From assembly GCA_000165345.1 (NCBI GenBank), contig CM000433.1, positions 512,001-576,000 on the forward strand: a stretch of DNA of 64,000 nt, written 5' to 3'. Shown here piece after piece: positions 1 to 10,584 of the stretch (positions within the stretch are counted from its first letter, which is position 1; each line of letters starts with the position of its first letter). The notes beneath the pieces were generated by a model. It did not search any database. It saw only the letters and a program-made list of their open reading frames with translations, and was not told the DNA's origin. Both the position numbers and the translations under genes were made by a program.

Positions 1-1607
1 TTAGGGAGATAACAGGTTCACAGAAACTTATCCAAATTAAGGATAGTTCTCAAAACTTTTATTTGGGAAAATATAGCATCAAAGGTTCAGATATAATAGG
101 TAAAAACTACTATAGTACTTTAAGCTTAGAAGATGGAAAATGGGTAATTGGTTCAATTTTAAACAGTGAGGAAATATTAAAAGATATCTTGAGTATAGAT
201 GCTAATGCCGAGAATAATCAAGTAGATGAAGAAAAAAGTATTAATAATATGCAAGAATTGAAAAAGAAAAGAACAAGATATAATCAGCTTTTAGGTAGAG
301 AGGTTGAGGTAGATTCAGATGACTCCAATTCTGAAAAGGAATCAGGAGATGAACAAGATAAATTAGAAAAGGTAAAAAGAAAAAGAAATGAAATTTTATC
401 ATTAAACAAGGCAAATGATAGTAACTTGATCAGATCTTTAGCATTATCAAGTAGTTCTTTTAAGAATAAGACAAACTTTTCTAAAGAAAAGTACATTAAG
501 AAATTGCAATTAAGATATTTAAAACAAATTATATTACTGCCATCTACACTATTGAATATTATAGAAACTTCAAGCTGTCAACCAAAAATTAGATCTGATA
601 AGCTAAGTCCAAATTCAGTTGGGCCAAGATGGGGTCAATGTACTGTTAGAATTGAAACAATAGGAAACATATTAACTCACGGTAACGTTTCATCTGGTAG
701 TAAAGTACTTTTATATGATAATTTGAGTAATGGTGTAGTTGGAGGATCAATATATCGTCAGTTATGTAATATTGGAAGTTTATATGAAATATCAATGAAT
801 AAATTAACTTTTGATACTTTTGAAGGGTACTTTCATGGAAAGCTTGCAATAAACTTTGAAGCAATAGTAAATGATCAAAAACCAAAAGTACACTATCATA
901 CAATTCCAATGTCAGCATTAGAAATATTTTATAAGGAAATGGAAAAATTACCTGATGAATTTTATGATGAAAATCAAGGTTTTCTAACAGAAAAATTAGA
1001 TATAAAACATGAATGGCTTAATTATAAAATTAATACACATTCAAAAGGAGATCTGAATGACGAAAAATCCCAAAATAAAAAGAAAAGAGTTTACAATAGA
1101 ATTAATATGCTTGAAAACCTATATTCAGAAGGAGTAGATACAGTTATTCTAGTAATTGATCAAGTTAAATGGCAAACAACCGTGAACTTGCAAAATAATA
1201 GAAAACAAAATTCGATAGAAAACACTAAAAATGATAGCAATGATATCAACAATAACCATTCTAATCATATCCAAGATGATAATTCCGAGTCTAATCGTAT
1301 TATTGATGAGAAAACTATTTATTTCGATATAGAAAAGATGATACAAGTCACGCAAGAATATCTCAAGCCAGGAGGTAAGCTTCTCATTTTCACTCCTTTT
1401 ATGACAACAGAGCTACTCCAAATCCACCAAGATTTATCTCTCTCAACAAGAGTTGATAATTCGAAATTCCACCCTTTTATTGGTATTAAGCTTGAAGAAA
1501 CCTTTATTAGAGAGCATCAAATTATTGACCAAAGGACTCACCCCACAATGGATGCAAATCTACCAATTTTTTCAGGTTTTTTGCTCTCTGCAATTCATAT
1601 TTCATAG
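1..1607 (+). CDS. TRM6: tRNA (adenine58-N1)-methyltransferase non-catalytic subunit TRM6/GCD10. It is 5' partial: the frame is open from the window edge, and the listed ORF start at 63 is a TTG.
   Basis: Translation aligns to human TRMT6. EKYIKKLQLRYLKQIILLPST matches DKYIKKKKKKYEAIITVVKPST; the ETIGNIL..GSKVLLYD..GVVGGSI block and the C-terminal THPTMDANLPIFSGFLLS block also match. No in-frame stop between nt 3 and 62. Confidence 0.7.
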   Translation, partial: REITGSQKLIQIKDSSQNFYLGKYSIKGSDIIGKNYYSTLSLEDGKWVIGSILNSEEILKDILSIDANAENNQVDEEKSINNMQELKKKRTRYNQLLGREVEVDSDDSNSEKESGDEQDKLEKVKRKRNEILSLNKANDSNLIRSLALSSSSFKNKTNFSKEKYIKKLQLRYLKQIILLPSTLLNIIETSSCQPKIRSDKLSPNSVGPRWGQCTVRIETIGNILTHGNVSSGSKVLLYDNLSNGVVGGSIYRQLCNIGSLYEISMNKLTFDTFEGYFHGKLAINFEAIVNDQKPKVHYHTIPMSALEIFYKEMEKLPDEFYDENQGFLTEKLDIKHEWLNYKINTHSKGDLNDEKSQNKKKRVYNRINMLENLYSEGVDTVILVIDQVKWQTTVNLQNNRKQNSIENTKNDSNDINNNHSNHIQDDNSESNRIIDEKTIYFDIEKMIQVTQEYLKPGGKLLIFTPFMTTELLQIHQDLSLSTRVDNSKFHPFIGIKLEETFIREHQIIDQRTHPTMDANLPIFSGFLLSAIHIS

Positions 1608-2036
1608 TTTGTTTACACAATTTCTTGTATATACTTATTTTTTCTTTTTATTAACTTTAAAATTTATTTTATTTATAAGGAAAGGAATTGACACGTATGG
1701 CGGTAAAACCCTACCACTAATTGATAGATAAAGTGCATGCAAACATTGTCACCGGTAATATCAGTGGTGTGTTAGAGGCTTCCAGTGGATAAATATAATT
1801 AAATTACTTTTTTCATTTTATTTAATTAATAAATTTTTTTATTTTCTATTTTTTTGTGTTAGTCTTTTTACGAGTAATTAAACTTTGTAAATAAATAGAC
1901 AATAATTTTATGATTTATAAAGGAAAGAAAGAATCAATCAAACAATTGAAGTAAAGAGAGAAGTTCAAAGTGAATAAAGGAGGAGTAATTTTTTTATGGA
2001 TAAGGAAATAAGTCGATAAATTGTTCTTAGAAATAA

Positions 2037-3001
2037 ATGAATGAGCTAGATTCTTGGAACAGAAAATGGAGAACATTATGGTGTTGGACTCATATATATG
2101 TTCATTACAAAAGAGCTCAGATTTATACAAGAAATTTACCTGAGGAAGTAAAATATATATATTGGAATAGTAAGCATTCTCAGTTTGCTGAATTGATATG
2201 GAGAAATATATCAGAGTTACGAGGATGGTGGATTAAAGTGGGGCAGTTTTTGTCAACAAGAGGAGATTTACTTCCAAGAGAGTATGTGACATATTTGGGT
2301 AAATTACAAGATATAATGCCCTGTATGGAGTGGAATATTGTGGAAGGAATATTAAAGGAGGAATTAGGTAAGGATATTGAAAAAGTGTTTAAAGAGATAC
2401 AAGAAAAGCCAATTGCAGCAGCATCAATATCTCAAGTACATAAAGCAGTATTGAGTGAAGGAGAGAAAAAAGTAGTGATTAAAATACAGTATCCAAATAT
2501 TCAAGAGACTCTTAATCATGATATGAAGAATTTGGAACAATTAACATGGGCTTTTGGTCTGTTAGAAGATTATTCTGATTCTATTCATATTCTAAATGAA
2601 TGGAAAAGCTCTGCGTATTCAGAACTTGATTTTAAGAATGAGCTAAAGAATCAAAAGAGAGCATATGAGATGTTTGAGGATTCAGGGATAGAAATAATTA
2701 TTCCTAAAGTTTATACAGAATATACAACTGAAAAGATATTAACAATGGAATATATTAAAGGTTTTAATATATTAAATAAAATGCTATTAAAAGAAAATAG
2801 AGTTAATAAAAGGGAATTATTGGAAATATTATGTGATTCCTTTGCTTATCAGATTCATATTCATGGTTTTTTTCATGGTGATCCTCAGCCAAGTAATATT
2901 TTAGTGGTTTATGATGAACTAAAGAGAAAATACATTCCAGCAATTTTGGATTGGGGAATGGTTAAGATTTTTGATAAAAGTAAACAAATTGCATTTTCAA
3001 A
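2037..3001 (+). CDS. ABC1/ADCK (UbiB-family) atypical kinase, exon 1. The exon ends in phase 2 just before a GTAAGT donor.
   Basis: ABC1 motifs are present: WIKVGQFLSTRGDLLPREYV, AAASISQVHKA, HGDPQPSNILV, LDWGMV. GTAAGT lies at 3002-3007. Confidence 0.7.
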
Positions 3002-3052
3002 GTAAGTTTTCTTAAAAATTGTTATTATTATTTCTTAATTTACTATTTAAAG

Positions 3053-3230
3053 AATGGTATATAGTATTTCAACATTAAATTTGATGGGATTTATAGAATC
3101 ATTTGAAGAAATGGGATTTAAATTCAAAAATGATCATAGAAATTCTATAGATCCTGAAATGTATATGGATGCTTTGAGAATAGTTTTTAAAGAAATTGAA
3201 ATAGATAAAATAGATCAAAGTTCAATAAGG
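3053..3230 (+). CDS. ABC1/ADCK kinase, exon 2 (after a 51-nt intron, 3002-3052)
   Basis: Acceptor tttaaAG at 3051-3052 restores the frame (aa + a = K). The exon ends in phase 0 at the GTAAGT donor at 3231. Confidence 0.5.
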
Positions 3231-3320
3231 GTAAGTTGAGAGATTATAAATGTTATGTTTCTTTATTAAAACATAAAGAAACATAAACAGGAAAGAGGTA
3301 ATTATTAATTCATTCAATAG

Positions 3321-5210
3321 GAGTCAGGATATGCAGCGTATAAAACAGCAACGGAACTTTCATATATGAAAAGTGGACAAATTAATGATTTAAATCTAAT
3401 GGATTACTGGCCAAATGATATAATATATTTTGTAAGGATTTTATCGTTATTACGTGGTATATGTGCTGAATTGAATGAGAGTATACCGATTTTGAAAATA
3501 TTATCCAGAAGAGCACAACAATTCTTATATTTAGAGTCAATTAATTTAGAATTAAATAAACAACAGTTATTAAAAAGAAGATTTACAAATAAATTTGAAA
3601 GGAGATTAAGCGATTACATTGAAAAAATAATGAATGAAAATAATGTATTGGGATTACAAATAGCTGTTATAAAGAATGGAAAGAATTTAGTAAATATTTC
3701 AAAAGGTATTAAGGGAGAATTAAATGGAAATCAGATTGATGAAAATACATTATTTAATGGCTTCTTTATCAATCTTGGAATTTTGGTAATTGCAATATTA
3801 ATATGTGTGGAAAAGGGTTATATATCTCTGGATGATCCAATTTGTCATTATTGGGATGGTTTTATAAGATATGGAAAGAGGAACATAACATTAAGGCATG
3901 TTCTTAATCATAGATCTGGTGTAATATCGTTTTTTCCAGAGGATATGGGTTTAAAAGAATTGTTAAATTATGAAAAGATGGTCCGAATAATTGAAGATTC
4001 TGCTCCACAGGTTCCAATAAATCAAATTACACGATATAATCCTTATTTTTTAGGTTGGATATTATCGGAATTGATAGCATTATTAACAAATCAATCAACA
4101 GCAAAGTTTATAGAGGAAAATATAATAAACCCATTTAATTTATCTGATGGTATAAAGATGTATTTACCTGAGTATAGCTTGAATAATGACCAAGTAAGTA
4201 TTTATCAATCTGAAAAGTATGATGAAACAAATATTGGGACTAATAATAATAATAATAAGTTCTTATTTCCTCTATTTTCCCCACGTTCTTCATCATCATT
4301 TTTTGCTCAAGAAGAATTTTCTTCAAGTATAATGAGATTATCAAATATTAAAAGTAAATTAGAAAATAGTAATGGTACTCAATTGATGAATGAAATAAAA
4401 GATATAATAATTCAAAAGTTAACCCCAAAAAGAATAAATAAGGAAGAAAAAGAAAAGGAAAAAGAGAAGGAAAAAAATATTAATGATTATAATGAAGAAG
4501 ATAATAATGATGAGAATGCTAATATGATTGATTTTTATGAAAGATGTGCATTGGTAAATAGAAAAATGAAGTTTTCTTCAATATCTTTTAAACAAGTACT
4601 TGAAAAACTTAAATCATCTGACTTATATAAATTAAAAAATTATGGTTATCAAGATTTTAACAAAACAAAAATCAATTTTAAATTATCAACCTTGGAGTAT
4701 TTTTTTTTAAAACCACATATATTAGATCCCTTAATATATAATTCAAAAAAATTAATAAATAAATGGATACCACCTACAAATGGAAGATATACATCTTTAT
4801 CATTAGCAAAATTATATGACCACTTAATTAGAGGAGAGATTATAGGAGATGAATTATTAAAACAAGTTATTAAAAATGAATCAATTACTTTTGATAATTC
4901 TATCGAAGGATTAATATTAACATATGGAGGTCCTAGAAAATGGTCTCTTGGGTTTCAAATTTTAGAATGTAAAAAACTTTATTATCATCAAAATAATCAA
5001 AAAGATGATGATCAACCTTGTTTTAAAGGAATCGGTCAATTTGATACTGGTGGTAATTTATCATTTTGTTTTCCAGAAATTGATTTATCTATTGCCATTC
5101 TAACAAATGATTATGTTAAAGGATCTTATATATCACAATCAATATTACGTTACATATTAGAAAACTTTGGATTATATCTGAACAATTACGTTCCATTACA
5201 TTTTTCTTAG
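3321..5210 (+). CDS. ABC1/ADCK kinase, exon 3: kinase C-lobe followed by a beta-lactamase-like domain (after a 90-nt intron, 3231-3320)
   Basis: Acceptor caatAG at 3319-3320 keeps frame 0. The ABC1 C-lobe motif DLNLMDYWPND..LLRGI is followed by a beta-lactamase-fold block (LQIAVIKNGK..., LRHVLNHRSG). Confidence 0.6.
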   Translation, partial: ESGYAAYKTATELSYMKSGQINDLNLMDYWPNDIIYFVRILSLLRGICAELNESIPILKILSRRAQQFLYLESINLELNKQQLLKRRFTNKFERRLSDYIEKIMNENNVLGLQIAVIKNGKNLVNISKGIKGELNGNQIDENTLFNGFFINLGILVIAILICVEKGYISLDDPICHYWDGFIRYGKRNITLRHVLNHRSGVISFFPEDMGLKELLNYEKMVRIIEDSAPQVPINQITRYNPYFLGWILSELIALLTNQSTAKFIEENIINPFNLSDGIKMYLPEYSLNNDQVSIYQSEKYDETNIGTNNNNNKFLFPLFSPRSSSSFFAQEEFSSSIMRLSNIKSKLENSNGTQLMNEIKDIIIQKLTPKRINKEEKEKEKEKEKNINDYNEEDNNDENANMIDFYERCALVNRKMKFSSISFKQVLEKLKSSDLYKLKNYGYQDFNKTKINFKLSTLEYFFLKPHILDPLIYNSKKLINKWIPPTNGRYTSLSLAKLYDHLIRGEIIGDELLKQVIKNESITFDNSIEGLILTYGGPRKWSLGFQILECKKLYYHQNNQKDDDQPCFKGIGQFDTGGNLSFCFPEIDLSIAILTNDYVKGSYISQSILRYILENFGLYLNNYVPLHFS

Positions 5211-5233
5211 TTATTTTATTACATATAATATCG

Positions 5234-5274
5234 CATGCATGCATACGATACCTATTAGGTAACTAGGCGGGAAG
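5234..5274. promoter_or_regulatory. GCATGCATGCA plus an E2F-like AGGCGGGAAG, lying in a convergent (3'-3') gap
   Basis: Motifs seen directly. Their function is inferred. Confidence 0.4.
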
Positions 5275-5541
5275 ATCCACGTAATTCACTGATAAAGAAA
5301 TAAAGAAAATTCGCAATTAAGTTTGAGAAACATGAGATATAGATAAATTATAAGAGCACTAAGAAGCAGTATTATTATTATTTATTATAATGATGTAGTA
5401 AATTGTTGGGAAATAACTATTATTGTTTTAAAAACCATCATTCATTGTCTTATCTAATGTTTCTGAAACAAAAGATATAATTATTTTTGTTAATCTTTCT
5501 CCTTCATTTCTTGCTTTTCTCTTATACTCCCTATTTTGGTT

Positions 5542-8500
5542 TCAGGGGACTGCTCTATGGGGCGCGATTGGTGGGTTGGAGATTCCTCCATCGAGTTTAC
5601 AAAGGTTAGGGGAAGTCTTAGTTAAATTGTCTCCGCATATATTGTTGTCATTATTAGAGTTGTTACTGTTCTCCGTTCTATTTCCGCTGTGATCAGAATT
5701 ATCGATACTTGATTGGGTAAGTCTTCTATTAGGGGAATTTGTTTCAATGGTGGATGATGAGATTGAGATCCCTGGACAAGTAATGGTAGAGGGGGAAAAG
5801 TGATGGATTAATTTCCCTTTGAGATCATCCTCCATCTTCGTCAAAAAATTTGGTTCTTTTGATGGAGTTAGATAGCTACCATTTAAATTACTAATATTAG
5901 GGAGAGTTAGATTATTTTGTTGGTTGGTATCAATTACTTTGGTGGGAAATGCTATAGGAGGGAGCAAAGGTGAAGAAACTGTAGTTGTGGATGCGGTTGT
6001 GGTACTAGAATTAAGGCCAGTAGTAGCAGTAGTAGTGTTAGTAGTAATAGCAGTAGTAGCATTAGTAGAATTAGCAATGACTGTAGCGATATCATTAGTA
6101 GTAACAGTGGAAGCAGCAATATCTGGCACATTGTTGGTAGTGTTGATCATGCAAGTGGTAGAGGATGAGGAGTTATCATCAGTTCCTGTACAGGTCTTGA
6201 TAGCCTGTACGTTTTGTTGTGATTTCTGAATTAGATCTAAATACAGCTTATTGATATCAGCTCCTCTAATCATCTTTGAATCACATAAGAACTCATCTTT
6301 TGTGGAAACAAGCCTAAATAGCTCTCCTTGCTTCTTAAGCTCCTTCCTTAAGCTTTCCCTTGTGCTTGGGCCAATTCCTGTTTTGGCTTTCTTTCTATCC
6401 ATGTTACATGGTAAATCCATCCAAAAGGAAAGTTTCTCTTTTGCAACCATTTTAAGTCCTTCTCCTCCACAAATGCTGGACAATATATCCGGAACAAGTT
6501 TTGAGAGATGCATCTCTTGCTGCATAGATCCATCTTCTCCTTTATTATTATTATTATTCTCATTGTTACAATCGGCATTGCTACTTTTAACTCTTCTAGA
6601 TCTGAGTCCTTGAGAAATGCTTCCTCCTTCCTGTTGATTTCCTTGTAATCCTCCTCCCTCTCCTCCTTTATAATGATGGTTTTGCGAACCACTACCACTA
6701 TTGTTAGAATAATAATATTCAGAATAGTCTCCTGTAGAAGATGATCCATCCAAAGGTGGTTGTGGAAGGAAAGCAAATTTCCCAGAAAATGCTGGGACAT
6801 AATCCTTAACTAAATGAGGTACAGTCTCCACACTAAAATGAAGATTCTCAATTCTGCTTAATTCTGAAGGGGAAATAATCATTTGGGAGCCATTAATACG
6901 ATTACTTCCGCCATATCTTCCGTAGGTACTACCAGTAATGTTTGTAGAGGAGGTAATAGCATTACCATTACTTTTTATCATACTAGAAACTGTGTGGTCA
7001 CTAAGATCCATCATTCCTTCGCTGCCTATAGAAATCCCTCCCTGTTCTGATTTTGTATTGATGCCGGTACTATCTTGTCCGCCTCCCTTAGAAGATATAG
7101 AATTCAGATTTGAGTTTTGGGTACCCTTTATAGCTTGTTCACTTTCAATAATTGAAAGTAAATTAGAAGCTTGGAATCTACCTGAACTCCTCGATGCTCC
7201 TGTTCCTCTACCTGCAGCTCTCCTACTCATTCTCCTCCCTACAGAACTTTGAGCTGTTGTACCAGAACCAACTATTGATGAAGAGGATGAAAGAGCTGAA
7301 ATTGTAGCCTTTCCCTCCAAATCATCAATCAACATTTCTCCATTTCCTGAACCATTTATTAATCTAGATGAATTATTGCCCATTCGAATATTATTAGATC
7401 CACCTAGCCCAGAAATCAAATCCATAGCATGACTACCACTACTTCCATGGCCATCTAATAGGCTCTCTGACCCTCTTCTAGAGGAAGCTAACTCCTCTGG
7501 AGTCTGTTGTTTACTTACTTTAACTCCTCGAATTGCTGAAGCACTTAAACCTAAAACCGCGCGCAACTCGTCTCCTATCAATGAGTGATGGTGAGTACTA
7601 TGTAGTTGTTGCTGTTGTTGCTGCTGCTGTTGAAAATGCTGTTGCTGCTGCAGTTGTTGTAAGTCTCCAATTCCTCCCCCTTGTCTTGCACCTACTCCTA
7701 CTGTCCCACAACCACCAACTATAGGAATGCAGCCAGGGGCTGGGATAGCAACAGGAACAGATACTGAGTTAGAAGCAGAAGCTGCCATAGACTGTAATGA
7801 CTGTTGTAGCTGGATCTGTTGTAACTGAAGTTGTTGCTGAAGATGATGTAGTACCGGCTGAAAACCTGGATGCAACCCGCCCGCCCGCTGCATTTGAGCG
7901 CCAATGTGGGGAAATGATTGCATGTGATGCATTCCTTGAATGGGCGCCAAATTTTGAAGAGCGTGGAGTTGCTGAAGATGGGGATGATTATGAAGCTGTT
8001 GTTGTTGCTGTTGCTGCTGTTGTTGCTGCTGCTGCTGTTGTTGCTGTTGTTGTTGTTGCTGCTGCTGCTGTTGTTGTTGCTGTTGTTGTTGCTGTTGCTG
8101 TTGTTGTTGCTGCTGTTGGGTTAGATAAGCTGCAGCCAAAGCCCATTCTTTCATCTGTAACTGTCTTTGTAACATCTGTTGTTGTTGAGCGAATGCGAGC
8201 ATTTGAAGATGTTGGTACATTTGTTGTTGTTGTTGCTGCTGCTGTTGTTGCTGCTGTTGCTGTTGTTGCTGTTGTTGAACCTCCTCAAACTTTTCTTGCT
8301 GTTGTTGAGACACCAGATTTTCTTGCTGATCCTGGAGCTCTATTTTGCTGGAGGTATTCTCTTCACCCATCATTTTGGAATCAATTTCCATCCCTTTCAT
8401 ACCACAATCTTCTTTGTCAATTAACTCATCGGCGCTCGTCGCTTTTTGTGCTGAAATATTCTCAGTTTCTACTATAGGCCTTACCTCGGCTTTTGGTTCA

Positions 8501-9456
8501 TGCTCTTCAAGCGCAACACATAACTGAGATTTAGAATCCGTTGTTTCCGTTGACTGAGGTGGTTGACTTATTATGTCTAAGAAATTAGCAGCATTATTAG
8601 GAGGATTAGAGTTTAATGCGTAAGAGTTGTTCGCATTCTGGAGATTCTGGATTTGTCTTTGAACCTGGAGTAGTTGTTCTTGGCTTATTTGTTGTTTATT
8701 TGATTGGCTCTGGGGAAGAGAAGGTACTGAAGGATTTAAGCCTTGAAACTGGTGGTTACCAACAACTTTGGGAAGTATTGGGATTAGTCCTAAAGGAGTA
8801 AGCGCCAGTGTTGGTTGAGGAGGAACAGTCTGTGCTGAAGTAGATAGATCTTCATTGGAGCCCAGTATTTGAAACTGGCCATTCAGTTGAACTTGTGAAA
8901 GAGCTGGTTCTGTTATTCCCGCATTTCCTCCTCCTCCTCTTCCATCTCCAGCGATTGTATTTGTTGCATTTGGATGTAATTGATTACGATTCTTATTAAT
9001 CTCATGAAGAATCATCTGTGCTGCAGCAGCTTTTAATGAGTTCGATGGTTTGGTTCCATCTTCTTCTCCAAGTTCAATTTTCTGACCCTGTTGACTACCA
9101 TTATTAGGAAAATTACCATACATAAAAGGAAAAGAAGGATGGCTCCCTCCTCCCATTGCAATTTGTTGGGCCAAGAATTGATTGGCTGCTGTAACTGCAT
9201 TCATCTGAGAATGTGGACCTTGGATAGAAATACCTCCATTTTGTCCTAATAATCCTCCTCCTGCAACCAAAGGTAGACCATTTTGGAATCCTAAAGAAGC
9301 TGATGACGCATTTAAGCATGTAACACCTCCTCCAACTCCACCATTATTACTATTACTACTATTATTACCAATATTATTGTTACTATTATTCACATTACCT
9401 ATGCATGCTCCAATCATAGGATTCAAACCTTGTATTCCAATGTTAGAGTTCTCCAT
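5542..9456 (-). CDS. Large Q/T/S/N-rich low-complexity protein with long polyQ tracts, probably nuclear. No confident family assignment.
   Basis: Uninterrupted 1304-codon ORF starting at an ATG, with several pure polyQ runs of 20-45 residues. Confidence 0.6.
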   Translation of the reverse strand: MENSNIGIQGLNPMIGACIGNVNNSNNNIGNNSSNSNNGGVGGGVTCLNASSASLGFQNGLPLVAGGGLLGQNGGISIQGPHSQMNAVTAANQFLAQQIAMGGGSHPSFPFMYGNFPNNGSQQGQKIELGEEDGTKPSNSLKAAAAQMILHEINKNRNQLHPNATNTIAGDGRGGGGNAGITEPALSQVQLNGQFQILGSNEDLSTSAQTVPPQPTLALTPLGLIPILPKVVGNHQFQGLNPSVPSLPQSQSNKQQISQEQLLQVQRQIQNLQNANNSYALNSNPPNNAANFLDIISQPPQSTETTDSKSQLCVALEEHEPKAEVRPIVETENISAQKATSADELIDKEDCGMKGMEIDSKMMGEENTSSKIELQDQQENLVSQQQQEKFEEVQQQQQQQQQQQQQQQQQQQMYQHLQMLAFAQQQQMLQRQLQMKEWALAAAYLTQQQQQQQQQQQQQQQQQQQQQQQQQQQQQQQQQQQQQQQQQLHNHPHLQQLHALQNLAPIQGMHHMQSFPHIGAQMQRAGGLHPGFQPVLHHLQQQLQLQQIQLQQSLQSMAASASNSVSVPVAIPAPGCIPIVGGCGTVGVGARQGGGIGDLQQLQQQQHFQQQQQQQQQLHSTHHHSLIGDELRAVLGLSASAIRGVKVSKQQTPEELASSRRGSESLLDGHGSSGSHAMDLISGLGGSNNIRMGNNSSRLINGSGNGEMLIDDLEGKATISALSSSSSIVGSGTTAQSSVGRRMSRRAAGRGTGASRSSGRFQASNLLSIIESEQAIKGTQNSNLNSISSKGGGQDSTGINTKSEQGGISIGSEGMMDLSDHTVSSMIKSNGNAITSSTNITGSTYGRYGGSNRINGSQMIISPSELSRIENLHFSVETVPHLVKDYVPAFSGKFAFLPQPPLDGSSSTGDYSEYYYSNNSGSGSQNHHYKGGEGGGLQGNQQEGGSISQGLRSRRVKSSNADCNNENNNNNKGEDGSMQQEMHLSKLVPDILSSICGGEGLKMVAKEKLSFWMDLPCNMDRKKAKTGIGPSTRESLRKELKKQGELFRLVSTKDEFLCDSKMIRGADINKLYLDLIQKSQQNVQAIKTCTGTDDNSSSSTTCMINTTNNVPDIAASTVTTNDIATVIANSTNATTAITTNTTTATTGLNSSTTTASTTTVSSPLLPPIAFPTKVIDTNQQNNLTLPNISNLNGSYLTPSKEPNFLTKMEDDLKGKLIHHFSPSTITCPGISISSSTIETNSPNRRLTQSSIDNSDHSGNRTENSNNSNNDNNICGDNLTKTSPNLCKLDGGISNPPIAPHRAVP
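7981..8128. repeat. CAG/CAA (CTG/TTG on the + strand) trinucleotide tract encoding polyQ. Similar tracts lie at about 7600-7662 and 8222-8292.
   Basis: Direct repeats of ttg/ctg visible in the sequence. Confidence 0.95.
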
Positions 9457-10500
9457 ATCTCTGACTTGTTATATTTATGTGATCACTTTTATATTAAACT
9501 AAGTATTTATCTATTAAGGTCTTTAAATTACTTGAATGATCAATCAATTTTAGTACTATAATTTACCTTTCTCATATAGAAAGGAAGAAAAATTCACTCT
9601 CTCCTTGCTGATATATAATATATATATTATATATATCTTTTCAATAACTTGATTATTCCAATTTCCATATAAATGTTCATACACGTATTAATATATTATA
9701 TTATATATAAGCAAAAATATACATACATTATATCTTTTACATATTCATCAAATATATTTTTATAAATATATATATCTTGTTATTGCTCTTGAATGTAACC
9801 TTATTATTATTATTATTATTATTGTTTAACAAAAAAAATACAATCAAACTTTTCTTTCTAAGTCTGGAATTTAATCTTCCCTCTAGTTACATTCTCAATT
9901 ATCACGATTTGAACAAATTCTTAACCAAAAATATAGTCTGCTTTGTCAACCAATACTTGCTTTTCCCTCACACAAACCAATAAACACGATTTAATTTAAA
10001 CTTGAGATATATGTAAATTCTGCTTTTTACGTATTAATTGTACTTTAATATAACTTTAAGACCTGTACCAATACGTATTTTTGCTTTTTATTTGATATAA
10101 TAATGTATTTTCTCCTCACTATAATATTAATTGTTGTGTTTTACTGCCATTACCAATTTTGATTTTATAATCTTTTGCAGTTAAAAATTTGGAGCCTATT
10201 AAAATTAACTTTCAGTCTGAATTATTACTATTATTAAATACATAAATTTGACTTTTTAAATTCAATATACCCAATTATTAATTATTTACTTACGTATACT
10301 TTTTTAAGTGTGACCTTTAAATTAACTTATATATATTATTTAAATATGTAAATATTATTATTTATATAATATATATGTATCATATTACTCTTTTCCGCCA
10401 ATACCTTATTTCTATCTCTTTTTTATTTATTAACTTATTTGCACAATATGTGCAAAACCTTTTTTTTTCTTTCCCCTATTTCCCACCCCCTTCCTCACAT

Positions 10501-10584
10501 TAGGCGGGAATCTCATTAGTACCGGCGCTATACAAATATTGCAGTGTCTTTATCAAAATTTGAGCGCTTTTATTGGCGTGGGGA
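10501..10584. promoter_or_regulatory. Relatively GC-rich island with TAGGCGGGAAT (E2F-like), TACCGGCGC and TTGGCGTGGGGA, inside the 2-kb divergent region 9457-11536
   Basis: Motifs seen directly. Confidence 0.4.

Noticed and set aside
1-6. TTAGGG at the very start of the window (telomere-like hexamer)
   Set aside because: It is a single copy inside the TRM6 coding frame. No tandem repetition is present, so it is a coincidence.
284-1731. Short ORFs overlapping TRM6 on the opposite strand or in another frame (284-496, 646-918, 1149-1355, 1453-1731), and similar small internal ORFs in other genes
   Set aside because: They lie inside well-supported conserved CDSs, have low-complexity or hydrophobic junk translations, and show no homology.
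7797-8477. ORFs antisense to, or overlapping, the polyQ regions (7797-8477, 7918-8124, 8179-8424, 32751-33110), encoding poly-L or poly-A/V peptides
   Set aside because: These are by-products of CAG/CAA repeats read on the opposite strand or in another frame. They have no start context and no non-repetitive coding signal.
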